Positions 1 through 6,548 are shown, counted from the first letter of the stretch. The stretch: 20,000 nt of DNA from an uncultured virus (IMG/VR IMGVR_UViG_2562617116_000002) (IMGVR_UViG_2562617116_000002:47580-67579), one strand, 5' to 3'. Program-made: numbers and translations. The notes: a model not told the origin generated them from the letters alone.

Positions 1-314
1 GTGCTGACGCGATCTTCTAATGACGGATGGGATGCGGAGACTTTGCGGAAAGCGATACCATCGCCATTCCTCTGAGTAACTGTAGCGCTACCTAAAAATC
101 TTGTCGGAATAAAAATAGCGCCCGTCTGATGCTTTTCGGTGAGGTAAAATTCGCCAGACTCTCCGCCAATAACCATGTGTCCTTCCGTTAATAGGAATAG
201 ATCGCCCTCCTGAACGGGACTTTCCGTCTTCACATACTCCGCTCCACCATACGCAACCTTCGTAATTTCACCGTTCACCATATCGAGAGTTTTAACGCCT
301 TCTAATTTCGCCAT
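1..314 (-). CDS. Hypothetical phage protein, partial (MAKLEGVKTLDMVNGEITKVAYGG...), runs off the window edge
   Basis: ATG at 314 preceded by AAGGAGG; frame open to position 1; absent from the ORF track because no stop lies in the window. Confidence 0.8.
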   Translation of the reverse strand, partial: MAKLEGVKTLDMVNGEITKVAYGGAEYVKTESPVQEGDLFLLTEGHMVIGGESGEFYLTEKHQTGAIFIPTRFLGSATVTQRNGDGIAFRKVSASHPSLEDRVS

Positions 315-354
315 CGAATCGTCCTCCTTTTATTGACCGTCCGACCCGGTAAGG

Positions 355-786
355 TCAAACCGCCTCCGCTTCGTTATTTTCCGCAAAATCTTCCCGCATG
401 AAATTCAGATCCATTTCGACCCAACGCTTGCCTTCCCGTTCTGACGGCCCCCAATAGTCCGTAATGCCGCGGTTCTCGAACATCCAGACGCGAGGGAATT
501 TGCCCTCACCGATTAGCACTCCGATGAAGAAGTCGGCATCTTCCGCCGTGTATGGCTGTCCGTCTCCTTTGCGTCCGCTTACCGTTAAGTAGCCGCGTTT
601 TTCCGTACGGTCCCGGATCGTCTTAACCTGGAACGTCTTCCATTCGCCAGTGCCCGGATCTTTTGCGCTGATATCGAACGGTTCTTCTGTGTCCGCTGTT
701 GATACCGCCTGCCACCCGCTAGCCATTAAAGCTGCGCGGGCGATCAGTTCGGAATACTTGCCGATAGTTTCCTTGAGATGCGCCAT
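355..786 (-). CDS. PD-(D/E)XK-superfamily endonuclease (Holliday-resolvase-like or homing-nuclease-like), 143 aa
   Basis: G-x-x-S-E helix, PFD and FQVKT motifs; GGAGG RBS; TGATG overlap with the upstream ORF. Confidence 0.7.
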   Translation of the reverse strand: MAHLKETIGKYSELIARAALMASGWQAVSTADTEEPFDISAKDPGTGEWKTFQVKTIRDRTEKRGYLTVSGRKGDGQPYTAEDADFFIGVLIGEGKFPRVWMFENRGITDYWGPSEREGKRWVEMDLNFMREDFAENNEAEAV

Positions 787-941
787 CACTCCGCCTCCAA
801 TAACTTGTATAGTCTAGCCGTCTCTAAAAGCAACACGCCGCATGTTAAGTTTAAAACTCCGACTACAATATCTTCGTAAAGCATTCGACCAGCTGCTAAA
901 CCGAAAAATATAATCGCGAGTACAATTCGAGTTTGATACAT
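786..941 (-). CDS. Small membrane protein, 51 aa (MYQTRIVLAIIFFGLAAGRMLYEDIVVGVLNLTCGVLLLETARLYKLLEAE)
   Basis: Hand-translated; AAGGGGG RBS; two hydrophobic segments; stop overlaps the next start. Confidence 0.7.
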   Translation of the reverse strand: MYQTRIVLAIIFFGLAAGRMLYEDIVVGVLNLTCGVLLLETARLYKLLEAE

Positions 942-963
942 TCAAGCGTCCCCCTTCGTTTTA

Positions 964-1719
964 TTAAAACGGTAGATCATCGTCGTTGATTTCTTCGTTA
1001 GGTTTTTCGTTATTGGATTCCGATACTGGTGGCAGTTTATCGCGATCAATCTTCGCTTCCTCATCCGCTTCATGCAGTAGTTTAACGATGTCGGCCTCTT
1101 CACGGAAGTTAGCGAGTTCTTCATACTCGTAGTCGATTCCGATGAACTTTTTCGCTTCCTCAAGCTGTTCCGGAGAGGCATCGCCAGATTCTAACGAGAA
1201 CGACTTGTCGACTTGTTTGATATGAACGGCTTCACCGACGAGAGTGTAGTCCGGATTAAACTTGCGACCCATCTTTTCGGCTTTGTCATAGTCCGCGATC
1301 AAGTTGTTAATGTGGAACTCTTTCGTATCGATCACGCGATATGTTTTGTATTCGAGATCATAAACCGGAATCATCGCGTACAGCTTACGAGGCGCACCGA
1401 CTAAGCAAGACGGGCAAGCGTCAGGGTTCGGTTTCTTAAATGCGCTTTGATCAGCACGGATTCCTTTCGGAGAGTGCAGGCACGTATGCTTTCGGAAGTG
1501 GTAGATCGTCCTCTGCCCGTTAAATGTGCTTTGCTCATGCACATAGTACGCAAACCAGTCGTCTGGATCAGCGAGAATAACGAATGTGCGTCCTTCCGCG
1601 TTTACTTCTCCGTGTTTACCCATACGGACATAACGAGTGACACCTTCCGGGAACTCCCCGCCTGATTGCGCTGCCTCACGCTGTTCCTCGCGTTGCTTCA
1701 AAGTATCTCTTAGACTCAT
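964..1719 (-). CDS. ssb: Single-stranded DNA-binding protein, T4 gp32-like (Zn-binding), 251 aa
   Basis: H...HTC...CPSC Zn-ligand pattern as in gp32, acidic C-terminal tail DDDLPF, AGGGGG RBS, replication-module context. Confidence 0.78.
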   Translation of the reverse strand: MSLRDTLKQREEQREAAQSGGEFPEGVTRYVRMGKHGEVNAEGRTFVILADPDDWFAYYVHEQSTFNGQRTIYHFRKHTCLHSPKGIRADQSAFKKPNPDACPSCLVGAPRKLYAMIPVYDLEYKTYRVIDTKEFHINNLIADYDKAEKMGRKFNPDYTLVGEAVHIKQVDKSFSLESGDASPEQLEEAKKFIGIDYEYEELANFREEADIVKLLHEADEEAKIDRDKLPPVSESNNEKPNEEINDDDLPF

Positions 1720-1734
1720 TCGATTTCCCCCTAC

Positions 1735-1878
1735 GTTTTAATTTTGAGGCTTTTAGCCCTCGCAAAATGCCGGTAACTGCGTCCGAAACGCCGCCAGCGC
1801 TAAGCCGTAGCGACGCGACTCTGTTACTTAACGTCCGCCCCGACATTCTCCGAGCGCCGGGCCGCATATCCGCCGCCC
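1735..1878 (-). ncRNA. Candidate structured RNA leader upstream of ssb
   Basis: GC-rich non-coding gap with several stems: CGCUC/GGGCG; GUAAC/GUUAC enclosing CGCUA/UAGCG plus GUCGC/GCGGC or the alternative GCGU/ACGC; AUUUUG/CAAAAU enclosing GGCU/AGCC. Confidence 0.4.
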
Positions 1879-1974
1879 TCATTCGCCTTCTTCGCGATTA
1901 ACTTCGTAAATAAGTCGGCCAATTACAAGCGCGGCAATCACCGCAAATATTTCGAACAACCATGCGTTAGACAT
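1879..1974 (-). CDS. Small single-TM protein, 31 aa (MSNAWLFEIFAVIAALVIGRLIYEVNREEGE)
   Basis: Hand-translated; AAAGGAG RBS; start overlaps the end of the previous gene. Confidence 0.6.
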   Translation of the reverse strand: MSNAWLFEIFAVIAALVIGRLIYEVNREEGE

Positions 1975-2479
1975 AGGCGGCGACTCCTTTTTCCTTATCG
2001 GCTAATTCCGAGCGTTTGGCCGCAAGATCGCTATATTCGGATTTCAAAACGGAAATCTTTTCGTCAATACTTGCGATAACCTTATTCGAACGTGCCTTTG
2101 CGCGATTTAATTCGAGCTGCGCAATTTCGAGGTTCTTTTCCGCAAGCTGGACGTTAAGTGCGCGAGTCTCGCGTTTGATACGACGGATCATTGCGTTTGC
2201 TTTGCGCCGTAAAGCCGTCTTCATTTCGTCAGGGATTGCGTCGAGTGGTTCGGGCATTTTGTAAACGGTCACGATTTTATTTTTATATACGATAAATCGA
2301 ACTCTGCTCTTGTGGTGATCGTATACTTCCTGCCGACCGCCTCGTTTATCCGGATTGCTTCCGACATAGACTGCCGTCTGCATTAATTGAACGAGGTGAT
2401 TAGGAGCGACTGACCGCAAGACACCGAGACGTTCGACTGCGCGATCAATAGCGTGCTTTGTGACTTCGTATTGTTTCAT
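1967..2479 (-). CDS. Hypothetical phage protein, 170 aa: N-terminal DUF4258-like (T-x-HA-x-x-R...ER...IVTV) domain plus C-terminal coiled coil
   Basis: Start re-assigned to ATG 2479 (RBS AAAGGCGGTG, ATGA overlap); motif recognition; heptad-rich C-terminus. Confidence 0.65.
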   Translation of the reverse strand: MKQYEVTKHAIDRAVERLGVLRSVAPNHLVQLMQTAVYVGSNPDKRGGRQEVYDHHKSRVRFIVYKNKIVTVYKMPEPLDAIPDEMKTALRRKANAMIRRIKRETRALNVQLAEKNLEIAQLELNRAKARSNKVIASIDEKISVLKSEYSDLAAKRSELADKEKGVAAYV

Positions 2480-2628
2480 CCGACGCGCACCGCCTTTATC
2501 GATTGTGGTCGGTAGTAGTCCGCCGGATCTTCGTCGGCCGGCCATGCGCCTTGATATAAAATTTCGGTAAGTTTGCGCGGATCTAGCGCTGGATACGTAT
2601 TGGAATCGGAAATTTTGGGGATATTCAT
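2476..2628 (-). CDS. Hypothetical protein, 50 aa (MNIPKISDSNTYPALDPRKLTEILYQGAWPADEDPADYYRPQSIKAVRVG)
   Basis: Hand-translated; GGAGG RBS; ATGA coupling to the downstream gene. Confidence 0.7.
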   Translation of the reverse strand: MNIPKISDSNTYPALDPRKLTEILYQGAWPADEDPADYYRPQSIKAVRVG

Positions 2629-2697
2629 AGTACGTTCGCCTCCATATTATTTAGGTAAAACGTACTAGATCGGAAGGTGTGTTCGCATTCTGTTCGC

Positions 2698-2726
2698 TTG
2701 TCTTTTGACATGAGAACGGTTATCAT
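2698..2726 (+). promoter_or_regulatory. Candidate SigA promoter pointing antisense toward the 3' end of the sigma-like gene
   Basis: TTGTCT-17 nt-TATCAT, followed by a hairpin and T-run at 2734-2764. Confidence 0.4.
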
Positions 2727-2762
2727 GAGGATGTGGCTACGCCTCCCGAGGCTAGTTACGTT

Positions 2763-3398
2763 TTATACAGCAAGATAAACACTAATATCGCCGTGCTGTG
2801 ATGCGTCATAGTTTTTCGCAAGTTTGCGAATCTCACGTGTTACGGTGTAGTGGTGAACACCTAGCTTACGTCCAATTTGCCGGGCGCTAGGTTGTTCGGG
2901 TGAAAGATGTTCTTTAACGATTGCCGTCGTTAAAGCATCTGAGTTATTCGTTAGGGCCTCGATAAGTTGCCGCTTATCGTGGTCCGTTTTTATTTCGCCT
3001 GATACTCGATCAACTACATAAGATTCTAAATCGAAATCCGATGCAGATTCGAATGTTGCCGCATTCTCCTCCGCGGTCGTGTCTAACGGAATTGATCGCT
3101 TAACATATGTCCCATTCTTTTTCCTGGTAACATCGATCGCAGCTCTTGCTAAGTGTAGTTTGAAGTGGCTAACAACATCGGTTGATTTTTGCTTGTCGAA
3201 GTTCTTTGCACACCACCAAACTCGTTCGTTTAATTCACTTACAATTTCATCCCGCAATACCGCGCTTGTTCTTGAGTATTTCCTCGCGATATTTGAAACC
3301 ATAGATTTGAAATGATCAAATATGTTTCGGAATGATTGGCTGCTCCCTGTGGTCTGGAACTCATCAATCAGCTTTATTAAGTTTTTTTCGTGTTCCAA
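2763..3398 (-). CDS. Phage-encoded sigma-70-family (SigH/ECF-sized) RNA polymerase sigma factor, 211 aa
   Basis: Region-2-like segment (IARKY...DEIV...VWWCAKNFDKQK...AAIDVTRK) and C-terminal HTH (SARQIGRKLGVHHYTVTREIRKL); TTG start with AAAGGGG RBS. Confidence 0.75.
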   Translation of the reverse strand: MEHEKNLIKLIDEFQTTGSSQSFRNIFDHFKSMVSNIARKYSRTSAVLRDEIVSELNERVWWCAKNFDKQKSTDVVSHFKLHLARAAIDVTRKKNGTYVKRSIPLDTTAEENAATFESASDFDLESYVVDRVSGEIKTDHDKRQLIEALTNNSDALTTAIVKEHLSPEQPSARQIGRKLGVHHYTVTREIRKLAKNYDASQHGDISVYLAV

Positions 3399-3414
3399 CT
3401 ATCATTTCCCCTTT

Positions 3415-3451
3415 CAATAATAACTGCGAATCTTGGATAAAGATTGGCACA
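3415..3451 (-). promoter_or_regulatory. Phage-specific promoter motif upstream of the sigma gene
   Basis: Minus strand TGTGCCA-N16-CGCAGTTATTATTG with an upstream A-tract; same motif as the 14783-15065 array and 3832-3868. Confidence 0.65.
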
Positions 3452-3526
3452 TGTTTTTTTATTTTTTTTATAAGTTTTTCTTCCATGACCATATATTAGC
3501 ATGATTTGATATTGAATTTTCTGAAA

Positions 3527-3560
3527 GTGAACAAGGTTTTGAAATACTACTTTTGTTCAC
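3527..3560. promoter_or_regulatory. Candidate AimR operator (inverted repeat GTGAACAA-N18-TTGTTCAC)
   Basis: Perfect 8-bp arms with a long spacer, downstream of aimP. It lies just upstream of an extended -10 (TG-C-TAATAT, 3501-3493) that lacks a good -35. Confidence 0.55.
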
Positions 3561-3580
3561 ACGTTTAAACAAAATGGATA

Positions 3581-3608
3581 AATAAAAGCCGCCCTAAATG
3601 GGCGACCT
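3581..3608 (-). terminator. Intrinsic terminator after aimP
   Basis: GGTCGCCC-ATTTA-GGGCGGCT hairpin followed by TTTATTT. Confidence 0.7.
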
Positions 3609-3612
3609 TGTC

Positions 3613-3741
3613 CTAACCTCCTATGATATTAATTGCAAGTTCTTTCTGCTGTTCTACTCCGCCACCATTAATTGATTTAAGCGCTAACCCTCCTGCCACA
3701 ACTACTCCCAACACTAAAGCAACTGATAAAATCTTTTTCAA
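3613..3741 (-). CDS. aimP: Arbitrium pro-peptide AimP, 42 aa (MKKILSVALVLGVVVAGGLALKSINGGGVEQQKELAINIIGG); predicted mature peptide INIIGG
   Basis: TTG start with AAAGGAGAGG RBS; Sec-type signal (MKK plus hydrophobic core); C-terminal hexapeptide after ...ELA; overlaps the aimR 3' end. Confidence 0.85.
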   Translation of the reverse strand: MKKILSVALVLGVVVAGGLALKSINGGGVEQQKELAINIIGG

Positions 3742-4906
3742 ATAAAACCTCTCCTTTTGGATTACCTTTACTTAGATTAGCAAGAGATTTAACAAACTCG
3801 GAATTTTCCCCCGCGTTGATCAAATCCCTCACAATAATAACTGCGAAATAAAGATTGGAATTGGCAACGAAATAGTGAAATTTTTTATACAAACTTTCAA
3901 CTTTTTTTCCTTCCATACTTCTAAGGTAATCCAATAAATCGAGATCGCCGACTTTTTTAACATTTTTCTCTGCTTCAGAAAAGGAGATTTTTCCTTCTTT
4001 ATAGCGCTGAACTGATAAAACTGATTCGTGATCATCTTTATCTAATTCAATAGACAGGAGAAGTTTCCCCATACTCAGGTTATATTCTGAAACCTCCATT
4101 ATTAACTCTGAATTAGTTTCCGCGGCCGTAGCGCAACTCTTCTCAAGGAAAAAAAGACATTTTTTGGGGCTTTTAATTAGATAAGACATACCTAACACAT
4201 AATAGGCATCTGATTCAGCTCTTTTGTTGATATTAGATTGCAGAATAATACTAGCGTAGTGCCTAGCCTCTTCTAAGTTGTTCAAAAACAAATTCGCGAC
4301 GGAAAGTACCTCCGATAGACGAAACAGATAGCATTCCTTTAAGAACAGCCGTGTCTTGTCGCTCAAAGATTTAATTTCGGCCTCGATATCAGCTGCCTTA
4401 TCTATTAAGTAGGAGAATTGACGTTTGTGTAGTAGAACGATGCATTTGTAGATATTCAAGAGAATTTTTAAAGAAGCATCACTGATGTTTTTTAAGGCAG
4501 ACAGCGCGTCGCCCATTTGGTGAAATTTTGTTTCGCCAGTCATATAACTGTATATAAAAGAGTAAACCTTCACATACTGACCAATAACTCCTTTTGTTGT
4601 CCTGTGTTTGGTTAACAATTGGTTTAATAGTCCAACATCACGTGTTACAGCAGCATACTCAAATGTGTTTTTAATACAATCATCTGTTCTCATTTTAAGG
4701 CACCACTGACGCATTTTGCTTTTATAATTTTTAGGATCTACAAGAAGAATTAGGCGCAATACATTTCTAAAAGTTAACTCCCTCTGTCCGCTTTTTAGGT
4801 AATAAACCTGTCTTGTAGAAATATTTAAAAAGTCCGCAACTTTTTTGTCATCCAAGTCATCTCTGTCTTCAATTTTATTAAATAAGAACTCCCTTACACC
4901 TTCCAT
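3677..4906 (-). CDS. aimR: AimR-family arbitrium peptide receptor (N-terminal HTH plus TPR), 409 aa
   Basis: Start re-assigned to ATG 4906 (GGGGTG RBS). N-terminal HTH (VADFLNISTRQVYYLKSG), FEYA motif, TPR-like helices (AYYVLGMSYL), adjacent secreted pro-peptide gene. Confidence 0.85.
   Translation of the reverse strand: MEGVREFLFNKIEDRDDLDDKKVADFLNISTRQVYYLKSGQRELTFRNVLRLILLVDPKNYKSKMRQWCLKMRTDDCIKNTFEYAAVTRDVGLLNQLLTKHRTTKGVIGQYVKVYSFIYSYMTGETKFHQMGDALSALKNISDASLKILLNIYKCIVLLHKRQFSYLIDKAADIEAEIKSLSDKTRLFLKECYLFRLSEVLSVANLFLNNLEEARHYASIILQSNINKRAESDAYYVLGMSYLIKSPKKCLFFLEKSCATAAETNSELIMEVSEYNLSMGKLLLSIELDKDDHESVLSVQRYKEGKISFSEAEKNVKKVGDLDLLDYLRSMEGKKVESLYKKFHYFVANSNLYFAVIIVRDLINAGENSEFVKSLANLSKGNPKGEVLFEKDFISCFSVGSSCGRRVSA
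3832..3868 (-). promoter_or_regulatory. Phage-specific promoter motif inside aimR, ~90 bp upstream of the aimP start
   Basis: GTTGCCA-N16-CGCAGTTATTATTG; its 16-nt core (plus strand CAATAATAACTGCGAA) is identical to 3415-3430, with identical spacing. Confidence 0.6.
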
Positions 4907-4931
4907 GTAATTCACCCCGATTAAATAATGA

Positions 4932-4960
4932 ATGACTTTTATTCCCTGATTAAGTATAAT
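4932..4960 (+). promoter_or_regulatory. SigA promoter of the XRE gene at 5016
   Basis: ATGACT-17 nt-TATAAT. Confidence 0.55.
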
Positions 4961-4963
4961 TGA

Positions 4964-4992
4964 ATTATAACGAAAATGTTTATACGTGTAAA
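4964..4992 (-). promoter_or_regulatory. SigA promoter of aimR
   Basis: TTTACA-17 nt-TATAAT on the minus strand. Confidence 0.65.
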
Positions 4993-4995
4993 CAT
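4976..4995. promoter_or_regulatory. Palindromic operator ATGTTTATACGTGTAAACAT overlapping the aimR -35
   Basis: 20-bp near-perfect palindrome between divergent regulator genes. Confidence 0.55.
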
Positions 4996-5015
4996 ATTTT
5001 TTAGGAGGATTTTCA

Positions 5016-5237
5016 ATGGTTGATTTTTCGCCTTTATTCGATACTTTAAGAGAAAAAGGAATGAAACTGAGTGATTTGAGACAAGTTATCAGTTCCAGGA
5101 CGCAAGCTAGTATTAAAGAAAACCACTTACAAAAAAATCTCAAAATGTATATAGGTACCCTGGAAAAAATCTGCTTATTCCTAGAGGTGCCCGTTGAGAA
5201 AGTCATTAAAATAGTTCCTGATAACGTAGAAAAATAA
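5016..5237 (+). CDS. Cro/C1-type (HTH_26-like) transcriptional regulator, 73 aa
   Basis: F-S-P-L...L..KGM N-terminus and TLEKICLFLEVPVEKVI C-terminus; AGGAGG RBS. Confidence 0.8.
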   Translation: MVDFSPLFDTLREKGMKLSDLRQVISSRTQASIKENHLQKNLKMYIGTLEKICLFLEVPVEKVIKIVPDNVEK

Positions 5238-5283
5238 CGATATTTAAGCTATAATTTCCCCGTGAAGCAAAAGCTTTGCGGAG

Positions 5284-5511
5284 GTGTTTAATACGGTTAA
5301 GTATCGTCGAGGTAAATGTTTACTTCGCGACCGACTCCGTGAAGCTGGAATGAACCAAGCGCAGCTCGCCGATAGGTCTGGCGTTAAAGAATCGCATGTA
5401 TCCGGTTATGTACACGGAACAAAACGGATGAACCTTGATACTGCGAAAACTTTTTCGGTAATTCTAAACTGCCGCATGGACGACCTGTACGAATGGATCG
5501 TCGAGGAATAA
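5284..5511 (+). CDS. XRE-family HTH transcriptional regulator (~72-75 aa; start uncertain)
   Basis: GMNQAQLADRSGVKESHVSGYVHG HTH; C-terminal DDLYEW; TATAAT at 5250-5255. Confidence 0.85.
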   Translation: MFNTVKYRRGKCLLRDRLREAGMNQAQLADRSGVKESHVSGYVHGTKRMNLDTAKTFSVILNCRMDDLYEWIVEE

Positions 5512-5534
5512 CCGGTAGTCGGTCGCTGACGGGA

Positions 5535-6548
5535 TTAAGTGTCGCCCGTCAACGAAAAACTTACCCGTTTAGGTAACTTCACCCGCCACCTCTTAACGTC
5601 CTCCGCACGCTCATACACCGCCTTCAACTCCGCTCTCCCTCTCGCAAGCAAAAATTCATTCGCATCCTTCCCTTCCGTAATATATCCGTGTGCCAGTCCG
5701 ACTTTCCCGTATAAATAACGCTCGACCTCCGCCCGCAGCTTCTCGCCGGCCTTATCGTTATCCGTCACGATGGTTACGTGTTCGATCGGAGACTGGATGA
5801 TAATGTCCGCCTTCTTTTGGTTGAACGAAGATCCTCCGGTCCCGATCGCCGGCACTCCCGCCGTCATCCACGATTGCGCATCGATCTCCGCCTCGCATAA
5901 GACAACGCGGTTCAGCCGCCTGTCATATACGACATTCATTCCGTAAACAAGGTCCCGTATCGGCCATCCGCCTTTGACGTACCAGAACGCCTTACCCCGG
6001 GTTGACCGATACTTTACGTTGGCGAGCCGTCCGTTCGGCAGCCGCCAGGGCAACGCAACCGCACCGCCAACCATTCCTACACCCATTAGACGCTGGACCG
6101 CCGGCATGATGCCGCGCTTGTTTAAATAATCGTTAGGCCCCGCAACCACGCCGCCGAGAATCGATTCGCTTAGAGGTTCGCGATTCTTTGCGATCTTCAG
6201 CTTCGGCAGCCTGAGCGTTAATTTACCGTCATCTGATTCCGGCGCATACGCATCGATCAGGTATTCGATCGTCTCCTCTTCGGTTTCTTCGCGCAAGAAC
6301 GCCAGCAACTTAACGAAGCCACCCCGTGCATACTCTGCGTCATAATAGCCGCTATCGCCCCAATAGCCGGCCTTTGCGGATGCCGTGTCGTCAAGATATA
6401 CGTAAAAACTTGGCGTCCGGTCATATCGGAAAGGGCTTGCGGCCAGGAGTCGCTCATCCGTCCAAGTCGGCCGCGTCCATTCGAATTGTTCGAGTTCATA
6501 TCGTATGTCAACGTCGACCTGACGGCCATTTAACGTTAAAATCGGCAC
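5535..6548 (-). CDS. DNA primase (TOPRIM domain), 337 aa
   Basis: CEAEIDA, TDNDKAG and KDANE motifs; GTG start with AAAGGAG RBS; follows the helicase. Confidence 0.88.
   Translation of the reverse strand: MPILTLNGRQVDVDIRYELEQFEWTRPTWTDERLLAASPFRYDRTPSFYVYLDDTASAKAGYWGDSGYYDAEYARGGFVKLLAFLREETEEETIEYLIDAYAPESDDGKLTLRLPKLKIAKNREPLSESILGGVVAGPNDYLNKRGIMPAVQRLMGVGMVGGAVALPWRLPNGRLANVKYRSTRGKAFWYVKGGWPIRDLVYGMNVVYDRRLNRVVLCEAEIDAQSWMTAGVPAIGTGGSSFNQKKADIIIQSPIEHVTIVTDNDKAGEKLRAEVERYLYGKVGLAHGYITEGKDANEFLLARGRAELKAVYERAEDVKRWRVKLPKRVSFSLTGDT

Noticed and set aside
1772..1802. Further copy of the phage promoter motif (GTAACTGCG)
   Set aside because: No TGCCA/TGTCC block at 15-17 nt; the match falls within a predicted RNA stem.
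1676..1882. 68-aa ORF spanning the ssb leader
   Set aside because: Weak RBS, Arg/Gly/Ala-rich composition typical of GC-rich non-coding sequence, and 44-nt overlap with ssb. Not fully excluded because of the ATGA overlap at its start.
3528..3541. LexA box (GAACAAGGTTTT)
   Set aside because: Second half-site is poor; better explained as one arm of the longer inverted repeat.
3400..3580. Protein-coding aimX
   Set aside because: Only short frames without a ribosome-binding site; the region is better explained by operator and promoter elements. An ncRNA is not excluded.
4907..5206. 100-aa N-terminal extension of AimR in the ORF track
   Set aside because: Overlaps the opposite-strand HTH gene and promoters; the RBS and promoter support ATG 4906.
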